64,000 nt of DNA from Alphaproteobacteria bacterium (GCA_965243135.1 OZ251539.1:5504001-5568000); one strand, 5' to 3'; positions 36,882 to 47,256 are shown, counted from the first letter of the stretch. A program made the numbers and translations. The notes: generated by a model not told the origin, from the letters alone.

Positions 36882-39794
36882 CTATTGCGCGGCGAGTTCG
36901 CCCGCGAGGCGGTCGAGGACGGCGGTCTCCGCGGCGCCGCGCCGGAGTTCGGCGTCGACGGCGTCGCGGGCGGTCCCTTCGGGAAAGCGGCGGGCGAGCG
37001 CGGCGCGGGCCTGCGCGGGCGGCATGCGGCGGTACAGGCGGTCGCGCAGCGCGGCGTCGCGCGGGCTCGTGGTCAGCGCCCACAGCTCGATCGGTCCGGG
37101 CGCGTTGACGACGATGCGCTCGGCGCGCGGGTCGGCGGAGACGAGCAGCGCCGGGGCGCCGCCGCGGCCCGGCCCGGTCAGGCGGAAGGAGACGGCGTCG
37201 GCGGCGGTTTCGTTGAGATCGAAAACCTTCGACAACGCCTCGATCTCGCCGCGCTTGCCGCCGGCCCCGAGGATCCAGAAGCGGGTGGCGAGTTCGACCA
37301 GCGCCTCCCCGAAGTCCTCGATCCGTTGCGAGGCGAGGCACAGGCGGACGCGGAGCTTGCGCGCCTCGCGGACGTCGCGCTCGACCTGGGCGCGGGCGGC
37401 GGGCGACGCGGCGGTGCGGTGGAACTCGTCGTAGGCGAGGCGCTTCGGCGTCTCGCGCAGGTCGCGGAGGCGTTCGGCGTGGAAGGCGCGGCAGCGTTCG
37501 GGGATTTCGCCGAGGTTCTCGTCGTCGAGCCACCAGCTCCGGGTCAGGGCGTGGCGGGCGAGAAGGTACATGACGGCGGTCTGGCGGTCGGCTTCCGGCG
37601 AACCGCGGGGCGCGACCTCGCGGAGGTCGACGGCGGCGACCCGCGCCTGTCCGGCGTCGAAGGCGGTCGGGTGGCACATGACGGGCCAGTCGCCGGTCAA
37701 CGCGGTGACGATGCGGAGGAAGGCGGCGGTGACGGTCTCGCCGCCGTGGCCGTGGCGGGCGTCGCCGACGAGGCCCTGGACGGCGGGCTGCCGGACGGCC
37801 GAGAGAAGATCCGCCATGACCGGGACGGCGCGGCGCTGCGCGCGCTCCGCCGCCTCGAAGGCGCCGGCCGCGAACAGCGCGTCGACCGCGTCCCACCAGA
37901 GCGGACGTTCCGGCAGGTGGCAGGCGTACCGATCGAGGGCGGCGTCGGTCTCGGGATCGATGCCCGCGGCGTAGGCGTGCGGCTCGGCGCCGGGGACGCC
38001 GTCGGAGCGCATGGCGTAGGCCGCGGCGACGGTCGGTCCGATCAGTTCGCGCAGGCCGTCCGGCACGCCGGGCGCGCCGGCCGGCGTCAGGATCAGGCCG
38101 AGCAGGTTCGAGAGGAAGGCTCGTTCGGGCGGCAGGGGAAGCCGGCACCCGAGCTGGGTGTCGAAGGGGTTTATCGCGCAGTCGCGGCTCATGCGCAGGC
38201 GGAACCATCCGGCCTCGCGGCGGCGGTCCTCCGGCAGCGCCTCGCGGAGCAGCGAGATCAGGCCGGACGACGAGGGGCCGACGTCGACGACGGCGGCGAG
38301 CGGCAGGCGGTCGTGCCCCGACTGGAGGGCGTGCGCGAGCGTGAGCGAGTTCATGAGGACGCTCTTGCCCCTGCCGGGGATGCCGTAGATCAGCTCGAAG
38401 CCGTAGTCCTCGCCCTCCTCGTAGCTGAAAGGCAGGAGCTTGCCGTCCGGCGAGCGGAACAGGTGGTTGGCGGCTTCGAGGCGGGCGGGCGGCGCGGGCC
38501 TGCCGACGGGCAGCAGCCGCAACGCCTCGGATAGCGGCGCCGCGGCGGAGGGCGCGGTCGCGCCGCAGGCGAAGCCGGGAACCGAGGCGGCGAAGGCTTC
38601 GAGCGGGTCGCCGGCCAGCGGCGAGAAGGAGGTCTCGCCCCAGCCCTCGGCGATCTGCTGGAGCCGGGCGGCGCGTTGCCGAAGGACGTCCGGCTCCTCG
38701 CCGGTCCAGGCGAGCAGGCCGAGGCGCAAGCGGACGATCGCGGCGGCGTCGGCGCGCAGCGCGTGGAGTCCGGTCATGGCGTTGCGGACGGCGGCGCTGT
38801 CGTCGCTGCCGAAGGCGAGGAAGGATGAGGCGAGGCGGGCGGCGGCGGGGCGCGGGCCGGCGAGGCCGCCGCCCTCGATCAGGACGGAGAAGCGGAAGGG
38901 CAGCCCGGCCTCCGCGGCGCGGTCCATCAGTTCCGAGAAGGGCCGCGCCCGGCGCGGCCCGAGGGTCATGTCGACGGGCGCGTAGAGCCGGGATCCGACG
39001 CGCAGCGCGGATCCCTCGCGGGCGGGGTCGCGGACCAGCAGCTGCGGCGCCAGCGGCGGCGGGTAGCCGCCCCCGGCGTCGGCCGGCGTGACGGGCCGCC
39101 AGTCCGGGGCGGTCGAGTCCGGGCCGTTGAGCAGGATGCGCATCGCGCGGACGGCCGCGCCGCCGCCGAGGCGTTCCGCCGCGATGCCGGCGTCGGCGAG
39201 CAGCGCCGCGAACGCGCCGCAGAACGCGTCGTGGCGCGGCGCGAGGCCGTCCCAGGCCGCGTCCGGGCACTGGCTTTCCGAGACGCCGGGAAGCCAGTCC
39301 TTCAGCCGCGCCGCGGCGCCGCGGCGCTCGCGCTTCTGCTGCGCCGGGGCCAGGGCGGAGGGGCGGGTCCAGCAGGCGGCGAGCGCGGTCTCGGCCGCCA
39401 GCAGCGGCGCGAGGCGGCGGTTGCGCTCGGCGATCAGGTCGTCGAGGTCGAGGCCGAGCCGCGCGGCCTGGCGGCGCAGGCGGTCGCCGGCCGCGGCGAC
39501 CGCGAGGCCGGCCTCGTCGGGGGCGCGCTCGAGGACGACGTGCAGCGCGTGGCCGCGCTCCAGGAAGCGCGAGGTCAGGGCGCGGGTCCCGGCTTCGACG
39601 AAGCGGTCGAGTTCGGCCGCGCCGGTCATGGCGCGGGCGCCGTCGACGCGGAACAGGGTGCAGAGAGACGCGTCGCGGCCGAGCAGGACGCCGCCGGGCA
39701 GGACGCAGGCGGGCAGCATGAACGCCTCCAGCGGCTTGCGCCGCGCCGTCCAGAGCAGGCGCTGCGCGTCTTCGACGGCCGCCAGCAGCGGCAT
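36882..39794 (-). CDS. traU: IcmB/DotO/TraU VirB4-like ATPase
   Basis: FRSPDGKLLP, GIPGRGKSVLMN, DVGPSSSGLI, INPFDTQLG, YDEFHRT, VREARK. Confidence 0.9.
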   Translation of the reverse strand: MPLLAAVEDAQRLLWTARRKPLEAFMLPACVLPGGVLLGRDASLCTLFRVDGARAMTGAAELDRFVEAGTRALTSRFLERGHALHVVLERAPDEAGLAVAAAGDRLRRQAARLGLDLDDLIAERNRRLAPLLAAETALAACWTRPSALAPAQQKRERRGAAARLKDWLPGVSESQCPDAAWDGLAPRHDAFCGAFAALLADAGIAAERLGGGAAVRAMRILLNGPDSTAPDWRPVTPADAGGGYPPPLAPQLLVRDPAREGSALRVGSRLYAPVDMTLGPRRARPFSELMDRAAEAGLPFRFSVLIEGGGLAGPRPAAARLASSFLAFGSDDSAAVRNAMTGLHALRADAAAIVRLRLGLLAWTGEEPDVLRQRAARLQQIAEGWGETSFSPLAGDPLEAFAASVPGFACGATAPSAAAPLSEALRLLPVGRPAPPARLEAANHLFRSPDGKLLPFSYEEGEDYGFELIYGIPGRGKSVLMNSLTLAHALQSGHDRLPLAAVVDVGPSSSGLISLLREALPEDRRREAGWFRLRMSRDCAINPFDTQLGCRLPLPPERAFLSNLLGLILTPAGAPGVPDGLRELIGPTVAAAYAMRSDGVPGAEPHAYAAGIDPETDAALDRYACHLPERPLWWDAVDALFAAGAFEAAERAQRRAVPVMADLLSAVRQPAVQGLVGDARHGHGGETVTAAFLRIVTALTGDWPVMCHPTAFDAGQARVAAVDLREVAPRGSPEADRQTAVMYLLARHALTRSWWLDDENLGEIPERCRAFHAERLRDLRETPKRLAYDEFHRTAASPAARAQVERDVREARKLRVRLCLASQRIEDFGEALVELATRFWILGAGGKRGEIEALSKVFDLNETAADAVSFRLTGPGRGGAPALLVSADPRAERIVVNAPGPIELWALTTSPRDAALRDRLYRRMPPAQARAALARRFPEGTARDAVDAELRRGAAETAVLDRLAGELAAQ

Positions 39795-40147
39795 CAGTTG
39801 AGCTTCGGGCGGGCGACGCCGGTCCCGGGATCGAGGTCGAAGGTGCCGAGGATGGCGTCGATCACCGCCGGGGCGGCGATCAGCGCGGCGCCGACGACGA
39901 GGGCGATCACCCCGGCCCCGACGGTGGCGGCCTGCGGTTGCTCGAAATGCTTCTTGATCTTCAGGAGTCCGAAGCCGACGATGGCGGCGCCGAGAATCCA
40001 GAACACTCCGGACATGAGGGCGGCGACGCCCTCCACCGATTCTTCGGCTTCCGCCGCCAGCTCGCCGAGGGTTTTCGCGGCGGCGGCGGCGAAAGCGCCG
40101 TGCGCGGCGAGGACGGCGAAGGCGAGCCGTTTCAGGATCTTTTTCAA
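39794..40147 (-). CDS. IcmD/TraR-like small membrane (pilin-like) protein
   Basis: TTG start with AAGGA RBS; signal plus 2 TMs, LLKIKKHFEQPQ...ALVVGAALI. Confidence 0.65.
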   Translation of the reverse strand: MKKILKRLAFAVLAAHGAFAAAAAKTLGELAAEAEESVEGVAALMSGVFWILGAAIVGFGLLKIKKHFEQPQAATVGAGVIALVVGAALIAAPAVIDAILGTFDLDPGTGVARPKLN

Positions 40148-40164
40148 GGCTGTCTTTCCTTTCT

Positions 40165-40743
40165 TCAGTGGACGTGCAGAACCTGGATTCCCAGGGTGGA
40201 CTGGACGGCGTCGACGAACGCGGCCATGTGCCACGCGAGGACGCCGCCCAGCATGTGCGTCGCGGCCCGGCCGGCGGTGGCGCCGGCCCGCCCGTCGGCG
40301 GCGGCCCGCAGCAGGAAGACGCCGCGCAGGAAGGCGAACAGGCCGATCCACGACACGATCAGGAACGCCGCGGCGATCGCCTCGCTCCAGCGGCCGTCCC
40401 GGGCGTCCGCGTAGGCGAGCGCGGCGGAGAGCGGCGGCGCGGGGCCGAACAGGGTCTCGCCGGCCGCCGCGATCCAGGACGGGAAGGCGGCGAGGACGGC
40501 GCAGATCAGGAAGCACAGGGCGGTGCCGGCGAGGGACGGAGCCCGGAACCTGTCCTCGGAGGTTCTGAGCAGGCGCAGCAGGCCCTGCCCGAAGGCGAAA
40601 AACGCGAGCAGCCAGCAGACGCCGGCGACCAGCCCCGACAGGCCGGCGTCGAGGTCGCGGGCGAGCGCGGCCAGGACGTCGCCTTGCGCGGCGGCGGGGA
40701 CGGGCGCGGCGAGCGCCGCGAGGAAGGCGAAGCGGCGGGTCAT
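40165..40743 (-). CDS. TraQ/IcmC-like membrane protein
   Basis: 4 TMs, IGLFAFLRG...THMLGGVLA. Confidence 0.65.
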   Translation of the reverse strand: MTRRFAFLAALAAPVPAAAQGDVLAALARDLDAGLSGLVAGVCWLLAFFAFGQGLLRLLRTSEDRFRAPSLAGTALCFLICAVLAAFPSWIAAAGETLFGPAPPLSAALAYADARDGRWSEAIAAAFLIVSWIGLFAFLRGVFLLRAAADGRAGATAGRAATHMLGGVLAWHMAAFVDAVQSTLGIQVLHVH

Positions 40744-41849
40744 CGCCGTTCTCCCGGCCCGGCGGCGCGAACGGCGCGCGGAGGGCCGTCGGACAACGCC
40801 GGGACGGGTCGCCGGGAAATTCCGGCAAGGGCGGACGCCGGCGGCGCCGCGAACATCACGGCGAGCTCGGTATTGCGCGGGATGCGGACCGTCGGCCGCT
40901 TCGGCGCGTCCTCCAGCAGGATGTCGCCGACCGAGCGCGCGGACCGCCCCAGCCCGGCGTACAGGTCGTCGCGGGCGGTCGCGGCGCTGCGCACCGCGAC
41001 GACGTCGCCGCCCGGCAGGCGGACGGTCTCGTCCGGACGCGAGCGGGAGTCGAGGAAGCCCTCCGCGAAGCGGAAGGCGGCGGGAAGCAGCACCCGCGAG
41101 ATCCAGTGGCGGTCGCGCTCGGCGTCGACGCCGAAGCAGGCGCAGTCGAGGCCGACCGCCCAGGCGTCGACCGGAAACCGCGCGCCGCGGAAGGACAGGC
41201 TCGTCAGGCGCAGCGTCATGCGGTCGCGGACGGTCTCGAAGCCGCCGGTCGCGACCGCGCCGGCGAGCGGCGGCTCGAGGATCTCGAGCACCACCGGGCC
41301 GGGGTAGTCCGAGTTCACCTCGTACGTCGCGCGGGCGTAGAACGACCGTCCGGGGCGGATGCCGGGAAGCCGCGGCGCGGGCCGGGCCTCGTCGGCGGGC
41401 GGGTCCGGCGGCTCCGCCGCCGGCTGCGGCGGCGGGTAACGCAGCCGGGCGAAGGCCGGAGGCGCGTTCCAGATTTCGAGAAGGGCGGCGACGAGCTCCG
41501 GCAGCGCTCCCGTTTCCGCCGCCTCCCGGACCGTCTCGTAGGGCGGATCCGGCGGGTCCGGTTCCGCCGCCGGAGGAGGAGGCGGCTTCGCGGCAAAACG
41601 CGCCGGCGGCTCGGGCGGCGGCGCGGCGCCGCCCTGCATCCGCTCGATGAACGACGCGCCCTCGCTCTCGGCGCGGTCGCGCCGTTGCCGGTCGCGCTGC
41701 CGCAGGGTCTCGCCGTAGGCCTGCCGCACCTCCTCGGTCGGATCGAGCCTCGGCGCGGCGTTGTCCGGCAGGGTCTGCGCGGCGCCCGGACCGCCGAGAA
41801 CGAGGAGGACGGCGGCGGCGGGAAGCCCGAAGGACGCGTCAGTCCGCAT
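40740..41849 (-). CDS. traO: IcmE/DotG/TraO (VirB10-like)
   Basis: YARATYEVNSDYPGPV...GA...G.F; RPTVRIP; Pro-rich linker. Confidence 0.8.
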   Translation of the reverse strand: MRTDASFGLPAAAVLLVLGGPGAAQTLPDNAAPRLDPTEEVRQAYGETLRQRDRQRRDRAESEGASFIERMQGGAAPPPEPPARFAAKPPPPPAAEPDPPDPPYETVREAAETGALPELVAALLEIWNAPPAFARLRYPPPQPAAEPPDPPADEARPAPRLPGIRPGRSFYARATYEVNSDYPGPVVLEILEPPLAGAVATGGFETVRDRMTLRLTSLSFRGARFPVDAWAVGLDCACFGVDAERDRHWISRVLLPAAFRFAEGFLDSRSRPDETVRLPGGDVVAVRSAATARDDLYAGLGRSARSVGDILLEDAPKRPTVRIPRNTELAVMFAAPPASALAGISRRPVPALSDGPPRAVRAAGPGERR

Positions 41850-42714
41850 CGCCGTCCTCCGGAGCGCGGAACGACAGGCGGGCGACGGCGCCGGCGTTCG
41901 AGACCAGCGCGTGCGGCGTGTCCGGCAGGCGGTAGGCCCAGCGGCCGCCGGAGCCGCGCTCGGCGGCGAGCGGCCCCGGCGACAGGACGTGCAGCCGGGT
42001 GACCAGCAGCAGGTCGCCGTCGAGGCGCCAGGCGCGGTCGGAAAGGCCGCCGCCCGCGACCTCGAGGCGCGCCGCGGACGGCGGGATCGCGCCGGTCAGC
42101 AGGCCGAGCAGCGCCGGATCGCCGGCGTGGAAGGCGGCCGGCTGCGCCAGCGCCGCCGGGTCGGCGTTGGGTCCGGGAACGCCGAGGCGGATCTCCACCC
42201 GGAAATCCGCCGTCCCGCCGCCGCCGCGCAGCATCAGCATGACGGGGTCGGGGCGGCCGCGCAGCTTGACCGCGGCGTTGCCCGACAGGAAGGAATGCCG
42301 CGGCACGAGGAACAGCAGGTGCTCGCTGCCCGGTGCCCGCTCGTCCTCTCCCGGAAGGAAGCGGGCGTCGACCAGCGCCTCGGCGACCGGCCACGGCGCG
42401 CCCGTCGTGTCGCTGAACGACACCGCGGTGGCGTAGCCGCGCGCGATCCGGATCTCGGGAACGGCGCCGTCCTCGAGCCGGACGCGGCGGACGCGGCCGG
42501 CGGGCGGGCCGCCTCCGGCGTCCGCCGTGGCGCGCCGGGTCTGCTGCAGGAGCCGGCCGAGCAGCTCGATCTGGCGCCGCGTGAACGGCAGCGCGGCGCG
42601 GCCCTCGCGGGCGACCTCGCCGTCGGGCGCCGCGTGGTCCGGCCAGACGTCGGGCGGCTCCTGGGCCGCCGCGGGGGCGGCGGCGATCAGCGCCGCGAGA
42701 AGGACGGGCCTCAT
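41839..42714 (-). CDS. traN: IcmK/DotH/TraN outer-membrane core protein
   Basis: GYATAVSFSDTTGAPWPV, PGPNA, LSPG. Confidence 0.85.
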   Translation of the reverse strand: MRPVLLAALIAAAPAAAQEPPDVWPDHAAPDGEVAREGRAALPFTRRQIELLGRLLQQTRRATADAGGGPPAGRVRRVRLEDGAVPEIRIARGYATAVSFSDTTGAPWPVAEALVDARFLPGEDERAPGSEHLLFLVPRHSFLSGNAAVKLRGRPDPVMLMLRGGGGTADFRVEIRLGVPGPNADPAALAQPAAFHAGDPALLGLLTGAIPPSAARLEVAGGGLSDRAWRLDGDLLLVTRLHVLSPGPLAAERGSGGRWAYRLPDTPHALVSNAGAVARLSFRAPEDGDAD

Positions 42715-43343
42715 TTCCTGGCGGCGATCAGCTGGGCGATGCCGACGCCGCCGAACCGCTCGGACAGCGGCACCCGCATGACGAGGACGCGGGCGACGAG
42801 ATCCTGGTCGACCCGCCGCCGGCCCGCCTGGAAGGTGACGAGGATGGGGAATTCGATCTGCCAGCCGGCGCGGCCGCGGAACAACCTGGTTTCCGTGATG
42901 ACCGGCGCCCCGCGGGCGACGGTCGAGGCGACCTGGAGGTTGTCCCGCAGCCGCGTCAGGAACTGCGACTCCTCGAGTCCCTGGAGGAAGCCGTCGTAGC
43001 CGTCGTCGGTGAAGAGCTCGCGGACGGCGGACAGCCGCATCCGCCAGTCGTGGTGGCCGAGGGTGAACGCCTCGACGACGGCCGAGACCGCCCAGTTCTT
43101 CAGGGCGGCGTCGGACATGATCGGCTCGGACAGCGGCGTCAGCTTCACCAGCCGGCCGTCGGGGCTGGCGGCGACCGGGACGTAGACCGTGTCGTGGCGG
43201 GCGAGATAGAGGGCGAAGGCGGCCGCCGTCGCCAGCCAGCCGGCCAGCAGCCCGGCCGCGCACAGCCGCCACCAGCGGTGCTGGTCCGCCTGATACCGGA
43301 AACTCCGCCCCGCGGCCTCGACGGCCGCCGAATCAATCGCCAT
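42711..43343 (-). CDS. traM: IcmL/DotI/TraM (VirB8-like)
   Basis: One TM, DGRLVKLTPLSEP, NWAVSAV, FTDDGY..F, GVGIAQ. Confidence 0.88.
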   Translation of the reverse strand: MAIDSAAVEAAGRSFRYQADQHRWWRLCAAGLLAGWLATAAAFALYLARHDTVYVPVAASPDGRLVKLTPLSEPIMSDAALKNWAVSAVVEAFTLGHHDWRMRLSAVRELFTDDGYDGFLQGLEESQFLTRLRDNLQVASTVARGAPVITETRLFRGRAGWQIEFPILVTFQAGRRRVDQDLVARVLVMRVPLSERFGGVGIAQLIAARK

Positions 43344-44073
43344 CGCCGTCCCTCCGGAAGGCGCGGCGCAGCCAGAGGCGCGCGTCGCCGACGTCGCCGA
43401 CGCGCCAGCCGACCCGCCCGCCGTCGCGCCAGAGGAGCAGCGGCACGCCGCCCTTGCGCCAGCGGTCGAAAAGCAGGTCGTTGCGCTCGACGGCCAGCGC
43501 GCCCTCCGGACGCGGTTCGGAGGCGCGGGCGGGGTCGAACCAGGCCCGTTCCGGATCCGGGCTCGACGCGATCGCGGCGGCGCGCCGCGCCGAGGCGGCG
43601 CCGAGGATGCCGAGCGGCATCACGCGGAGGCGGAGCGCGCCCCGCCGCGCCTCGCGGGCCAGCGCCGCGACGGTCGCGTTCGACCAGCGGCATCCCGGGT
43701 CGGCGAACGCCGCCACCGTCGGGCCGCGGTCGCCGACCGTGAACCCGAAGGCGGAAAGGGTCGACCGGAACAGCGCGGCGTTCCCGGAGAAGCCGCTCGC
43801 GGGCGGCGTCCGGTCCCCGGGCAGCCCGGCGAGCTGGCGGGCGGTGACCAGCCCGCCTTCGGGATCGTAGAGCAGCCCGGCGACGGCGAAGCCGCCGGGC
43901 GTCAGGTAGAGCGCGTAGGAGGAGCCGTCCGCGAGGGTGACCAGATGGCCGGCGAGGCCGCCGCGCTCGCCGAGCGGCCGCGCGGTCGCGCCGCGCTCCT
44001 TCAGGGCGTCGAGGACGCCGGCGGCGGCCGGGGCGGCGGCGAGCAGCGCCGGAACGAGGAGGAGAAGCTTCAT
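43333..44073 (-). CDS. DsbG/TrbB-like periplasmic thioredoxin-fold protein (CxxS)
   Basis: Signal peptide, LYLTPGG..VAG.LYD, FADPGCRWS, GVP. Confidence 0.7.
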   Translation of the reverse strand: MKLLLLVPALLAAAPAAAGVLDALKERGATARPLGERGGLAGHLVTLADGSSYALYLTPGGFAVAGLLYDPEGGLVTARQLAGLPGDRTPPASGFSGNAALFRSTLSAFGFTVGDRGPTVAAFADPGCRWSNATVAALAREARRGALRLRVMPLGILGAASARRAAAIASSPDPERAWFDPARASEPRPEGALAVERNDLLFDRWRKGGVPLLLWRDGGRVGWRVGDVGDARLWLRRAFRRDGDGD

Positions 44074-44648
44074 GGCGCGCCTCCCGGCGGCGGCAGGCGG
44101 TGCGTCACGGCGAGGGATCCGGCGCGGAGCTCGCCCGCGGGCGGACGCGGCAGATGGCTCAGCCCGAACAGGAGGGTCCGCGCCGCCTCGGCGAAGGTTC
44201 CGCGGAACGTCCGCGCCTCGTGCAGCCGCCATTGCAGGTCGGTGAGCCACACGATGCCGACGCCGGCGCGGGCGCCCCAGCGTTCGAGCGCGTCCCGCAG
44301 GGTCTCGCCGGCGGCGATTTTCCATTCGGCGGCGTCGTCGCGCAGGTCCGCGTCGCCCGGCGCGATCCCGGCCGGGCGGACGTGGAGCTCGCCGCCGCGG
44401 CGGGTCCAGGCGAGGCCCTCGCCCCACAGCAGCGCCCGCCAGCCGGGGTAGTCGCGGGTCACCCGGCGTCCGGCGTCGACGCGGCGGTCGAAGCGCGGCT
44501 CGAGGGCGGGAGCCATGCGCCGCAGCGTCTGCGCGAGGGACGCCGGGTCGTCGGCGACCGCGAGGCTGGGGCGCGCGCCTTGCGGCGCGACGTAGCGGAA
44601 TTCCGCCGCCGCGGGCGGCGCGGCGAGGGCGGCGAGAACGGCGGCCAT
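44070..44648 (-). CDS. TcpQ/PilL-like domain protein
   Basis: WKIAAGETLRDALERWGARAG..IVW. Confidence 0.7.
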   Translation of the reverse strand: MAAVLAALAAPPAAAEFRYVAPQGARPSLAVADDPASLAQTLRRMAPALEPRFDRRVDAGRRVTRDYPGWRALLWGEGLAWTRRGGELHVRPAGIAPGDADLRDDAAEWKIAAGETLRDALERWGARAGVGIVWLTDLQWRLHEARTFRGTFAEAARTLLFGLSHLPRPPAGELRAGSLAVTHRLPPPGGAP

Positions 44649-44908
44649 CAGCCGTAGTCCGCGAAGCGCCGGACGCGGTGGAGCGCCGGACGGCGCCCCG
44701 CGAGGCGGGCGCGGACGGCGCGGATGGCGGTCGCGAGGCGGTAGCCCCGGGCCTCCGCGGCGCGCAGCGCGATGACCGCGGCCAGCAGCGCCGCCGTCGT
44801 CGCCCAGGAGGGATGGAACAGCCACGGGGCGAACAGGAAGAGCAGCCGGGCGTCGAAGACGAAGAAGCGCACCGGGCGCATCGAGTCCCGCCACGCGACC
44901 TCCCTCAC
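44648..44908 (-). CDS. icmT: IcmT/TraK
   Basis: WRDSMRPVRFFVFDAR...ARGY. Confidence 0.8.
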   Translation of the reverse strand: MREVAWRDSMRPVRFFVFDARLLFLFAPWLFHPSWATTAALLAAVIALRAAEARGYRLATAIRAVRARLAGRRPALHRVRRFADYG

Positions 44909-46023
44909 GAATCCGTCCCCGGCGCGAGGGCCTGGACGCGGCCGAGGTCGCGGTCGGAGATCAGTCCGTCGAGGTGCGCCGCGGCCGCGGCGAGGGCGAG
45001 GCCGTTCCCGCGGCGCGCGACCTCGGCGGCGATGCGGCGCGGCCAGTCGGCCGCCGGACGCTCCATCAGCCGCGCCTTGAAGGACGGGTCGAAGGTCAGC
45101 CACTCGCGGATCGCGACGCGCCCGCCCGACGGGTTCGGCAGCAGCATCTGGGTGGCCGCGAGGTTGAGCGCGTCCAGCAGCGCCGCCGCCCGCTCGGCGC
45201 GCTCGGCGGCCGGGAACTCGGCGATCATGCGCCGGATCGTCGAGGCGACGCCGACGGTGTGGGCGGTGGAGTAGACGGCGATGCCGAAGTCGGCGGCGCG
45301 GACCACCGCCTCGACGGTCTCGCGGTCGCGCGCCTCGCCGACGATCACCGCGGCCGGACGCCGCCGCAGGCTGGAGCGCAGCCCCTCGGCGAAGGTCGCG
45401 AAGTGCCGCGGGATCTCCGACGACGACATCATCGCCGCCGGCGCCTCCACCTCGTCGAAGGCGAACTCGATCGGCGACTCGTAGGACTGGACGCGCCCGG
45501 CGCCGCGCTCCAGAAGCCGCCGCGTGCCGGCGGCGAGCAGGGTCGACTTGCCGCTGCCGGGCGCGCCGGTGATCAGGGTCAGGCCGCGGCAGTCCTCCCA
45601 CGCGGCCGCGATCTCGTCCTCGATTCCGAGGTCGGCCAGACGGGGCGCCGCGCCCGGCAGGGCGCGCAGGGTGAGGTTGACGCCGAACGCCTCCGCCGCC
45701 TGCACCGGCGCGAGGTTGTAGCGGAACCGCCGCAGGTTGCCGCGTCCGACCGGCACCGGGCGCGAGCCGTCGATCGCCCTGCCGGACCGCAGGACGCCTT
45801 CGGCCGTCGCGTCGTGCACGAGGTCGGCGAGCCGGCTCATGGCCGGGCCGTCGAGGACGCAGGCGGTGGCGCGGCGCAGCGCGCCGTCGATCTCGACGAA
45901 GGCCGGCCGGCGGGTCTGGAAGGAGATGTCGCTCGCGCCGCGGTCGCGGGCCCAGAGCAGGAACTCGTCGAGGCGCTCCGTCGGGAACGCGAAGGCGGCG
46001 GGCCTCCAGAGGATTTCAGTCAT
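44905..46023 (-). CDS. dotB: DotB/TraJ PilT-like ATPase
   Basis: GASDISFQT, TGAPGSGKST, YESPIEF, LRRRP..VGEARD, STAH. Confidence 0.9.
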   Translation of the reverse strand: MTEILWRPAAFAFPTERLDEFLLWARDRGASDISFQTRRPAFVEIDGALRRATACVLDGPAMSRLADLVHDATAEGVLRSGRAIDGSRPVPVGRGNLRRFRYNLAPVQAAEAFGVNLTLRALPGAAPRLADLGIEDEIAAAWEDCRGLTLITGAPGSGKSTLLAAGTRRLLERGAGRVQSYESPIEFAFDEVEAPAAMMSSSEIPRHFATFAEGLRSSLRRRPAAVIVGEARDRETVEAVVRAADFGIAVYSTAHTVGVASTIRRMIAEFPAAERAERAAALLDALNLAATQMLLPNPSGGRVAIREWLTFDPSFKARLMERPAADWPRRIAAEVARRGNGLALAAAAAHLDGLISDRDLGRVQALAPGTDS

Positions 46024-46804
46024 CGTCTTCTCCCTTCGCACGCCAACGGGCGGCGTCGAGCTCGAGGCGGGCCGGCGCTCCGAGCGCCGCCGTCGTCTCG
46101 CCGATGCGCATGAGCCGTCCGTGGCCGGCGACGCCGGCGCGCGCCGCGTCCAGCGACGGCGCGGTGACCATGCGGGCGGCGCGCAGGCGCCGCCACAGCG
46201 CGATCCCCTCGAAGTCGCGGTTGAGCCGGTCGAGGTCGGCGGCGAACACGTCGTCGGCAAGCGTCCGACCGGCCCGCCATCCTTCGGCCAGCCGGCGGCG
46301 CCAGTCCTCCCGTTCGGCGGCGTCCCTCGGGAACAGCGCCGAGACCGGGGGCTCGGCCGGCCGCCACGACCGGACGAGGTAGTCGCGCCACGACGGCGGC
46401 GCGGAGACGATCCGGGCCGGCGCGAGGATGCGGATCGCCCGGCGGGCCGCCGCCGCCTCGCTTCCGTCGCGGGCCAGGCGGAAGGCGTCCGAGGTCTCGG
46501 CGAGCACCGGCGGGCGCAGCAGGAAGCCCTCGCGGCGCAGCATCAGGCGGCGGAAGCGGTAGACGCCGTCGAGGGCCGGCGCGAAGCGCTCGAGCATGCG
46601 CCCGATCTCCCAGGTCCGCCGGGCCAGCCCGGCGCGCGAGCCGAAGGAGAGCGCCGCCGCCCGCATGGCGCCGCGGCGCTTCTCCTCGGCGAACCCGGCC
46701 GCGAGGGCGGGGCGCGCCTCGTACAGCGCCTCGAGGGACGGCGGCGCCGCCGCGGCGGCCGCCGGCGCGAGCGCCGCGAGAACGAAGACCGGGAGGCGTT
46801 TCAC
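46016..46804 (-). CDS. dotC: DotC/TraI
   Basis: AALSFGSRAGL, LRPPVLAE, PPSWRDYL, RLNRDFEG. Confidence 0.88.
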   Translation of the reverse strand: MKRLPVFVLAALAPAAAAAAPPSLEALYEARPALAAGFAEEKRRGAMRAAALSFGSRAGLARRTWEIGRMLERFAPALDGVYRFRRLMLRREGFLLRPPVLAETSDAFRLARDGSEAAAARRAIRILAPARIVSAPPSWRDYLVRSWRPAEPPVSALFPRDAAEREDWRRRLAEGWRAGRTLADDVFAADLDRLNRDFEGIALWRRLRAARMVTAPSLDAARAGVAGHGRLMRIGETTAALGAPARLELDAARWRAKGEDDD

Positions 46805-47256
46805 GAGTCCCCCTCCCGGGGCGGCAGCCAGTCGAGCTGCACCCGCCCGCGGTCGGCGTCGACGGTGAGCGCGGCGGCGCTTCCGGCCTGGAGGCCGAGG
46901 TCGCGGAAGGCGAGAATCAACGGCGCGCGGTCCGCCCGCAGTTCGGCGATCGGCGGACGGACGGGCGGCGGTCCCGCCGTCGCGAACGCGTAGCCCGCCC
47001 GCTCGGCCAGTTGCGCCGCCAGCGTCTCGAGCGGCCCGGTCCAGTCGACCGTGACCCGCCGGAGCAGTCGTTCCGGCACGATGCGGGGAACCGGCGCGGG
47101 CTCCGCGCCGTCCGCGGACGCCAGCGCCGCGAGCGCGGCTTCCGCGCGCACCGCGGCTTCGGCCAAGCGGAGCTCGGCGGGGTCCGGCGGCGGCGTCTCC
47201 CGCGGCGCCAGGCAGGCGGCGGGAAGGAGCAGGAAGGGGAGGACGGCGGCCTTCAT
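46801..47256 (-). CDS. dotD: DotD/TraH lipoprotein
   Basis: Lipobox LPAAC, VTVDWTGPLE..LAERAGY, DLGLQAG. Confidence 0.85.
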   Translation of the reverse strand: MKAAVLPFLLLPAACLAPRETPPPDPAELRLAEAAVRAEAALAALASADGAEPAPVPRIVPERLLRRVTVDWTGPLETLAAQLAERAGYAFATAGPPPVRPPIAELRADRAPLILAFRDLGLQAGSAAALTVDADRGRVQLDWLPPREGDS

